Source: a bacterium | Lineage (GTDB): Bacteria; Patescibacteriota; Patescibacteriia; UBA1558; UBA10009 | Reading direction: 5' to 3' | Assembly: GCA_018672055.1 (NCBI GenBank) | Contig: JABHGM010000001.1 | Location: 736,977 to 800,976, forward strand | DNA: 64,000 bases | In this document: one piece after another, positions 63,811-64,000 of the stretch | How positions within the stretch are numbered: position 1 is the first letter of the stretch | How the letters are laid out: each line of letters starts with the position of its first letter | Notes under the pieces: model-generated | What the model was told of the DNA's origin: nothing | Seen by the model: only the letters and a program-made list of their open reading frames with translations | Database searches by the model: none | Program-made: the position numbers and the translations under genes

Positions 63811-64000
63811 ATTAAGAAAAACTTTTAATCCAGTTATCAAAAATCTCTCGTATTTCTTTTAAATGCTCTACCTCTTTAAAAGTATGTGGAGCTCCCTCAA
63901 TTAAATGAATTTCTTTATTATCACCTGGAATTGCTTTAAATAAAATTTGTTGATGTTTTAATGGTGTACTAGCATCTTTTGTACCAACAATTAAGAGTAC
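63811..64000 (-). CDS. Partial CDS (C-terminus) of an alpha/beta (dienelactone-hydrolase-like) hydrolase running off the window end.
   Basis: Hand translation ...VLLIVGTKDASTPLKHQQILFKAIPGDNKEIHLIEGAPHTFKEVEHLKEIREIFDNWIKSFS* with stop at 63811-63813. Confidence 0.4.

Noticed and set aside
1-64000. CRISPR array or cas operon
   Set aside because: No array of regularly spaced direct repeats was found. The only Cas-like gene is an isolated Cas4/RecB-family nuclease attached to the Type III R-M operon.
1-64000. Alternative genetic code (e.g. UGA=Gly, as in some candidate phyla)
   Set aside because: Many ORFs over 500 aa are open under the standard code and known proteins (LexA, DinB, RsmH, FtsI) read full length. 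The single in-frame TAG in mod is better explained as a pseudogene or variant.

Overview
This is an AT-rich (roughly 30% GC by eye) bacterial chromosomal segment, densely coded mostly on the minus strand, using the standard bacterial code (ORFs up to 1351 aa stay open). Gene content (LexA-DinB, MraZ-RsmH-FtsL-FtsI...MurF, UppS, rplJ-rplL, many small hypothetical and secreted proteins, a T/S/G-rich giant surface protein) fits an uncultivated, possibly Patescibacteria-like lineage. I cannot confirm taxonomy from sequence alone.

Layout:
- ~1-14.3 kb: accessory/defense island. It holds a frameshifted Nudix gene, a Panacea(DUF4065)-HTH antitoxin with a RelE-like toxin, a convergent promoter-plus-terminator candidate sRNA, and a cassette of small genes (orphan receiver domain, zinc-ribbon membrane proteins) separated by a conserved ~45-70 bp repeat. 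It also holds a Type III restriction-modification operon whose mod gene is split by an in-frame TAG, followed by res, a standalone Cas4/RecB-like Fe-S PD-(D/E)xK nuclease and a small membrane protein, plus an 813-aa zinc-ribbon protein of unknown function.
- 14.3-31.2 kb: surface glycan cluster (AlkP-like enzyme, four GT4 glycosyltransferases, GtrA-fused nucleotide-sugar dehydrogenase, TPR protein, Wzy_C/O-antigen-ligase-like TPR fusion), immediately followed by a 1351-aa T/S/G-rich secreted protein and an ECF sigma/anti-sigma pair. A glycosylated S-layer-like module is my inference.
- 31.4-33.9 kb: HTH regulator, then a lexA-small ORF-dinB SOS cassette with an unusual direct-repeat element in the lexA promoter spacer.
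- 34-45.5 kb: secreted beta-helix protein with dockerin-like repeats and a T9SS-like C-terminal domain, envelope proteins (SPFH, HtrA-like/PDZ, M23 peptidase), UppS, a HigB(gp49)/HigA pair and tRNA-Glu(CUC).
- 45.6-51.3 kb: partial dcw cluster with GTGG-N6 MraZ-box-like repeats upstream of mraZ.
- 51.3-64 kb: housekeeping and transport genes, a CYTH/HAD/MazG-like trio, a hemerythrin/FTR1 iron cluster, and an isolated rplJ-rplL operon.

No CRISPR array, rRNA, integrase or transposase was recognised.
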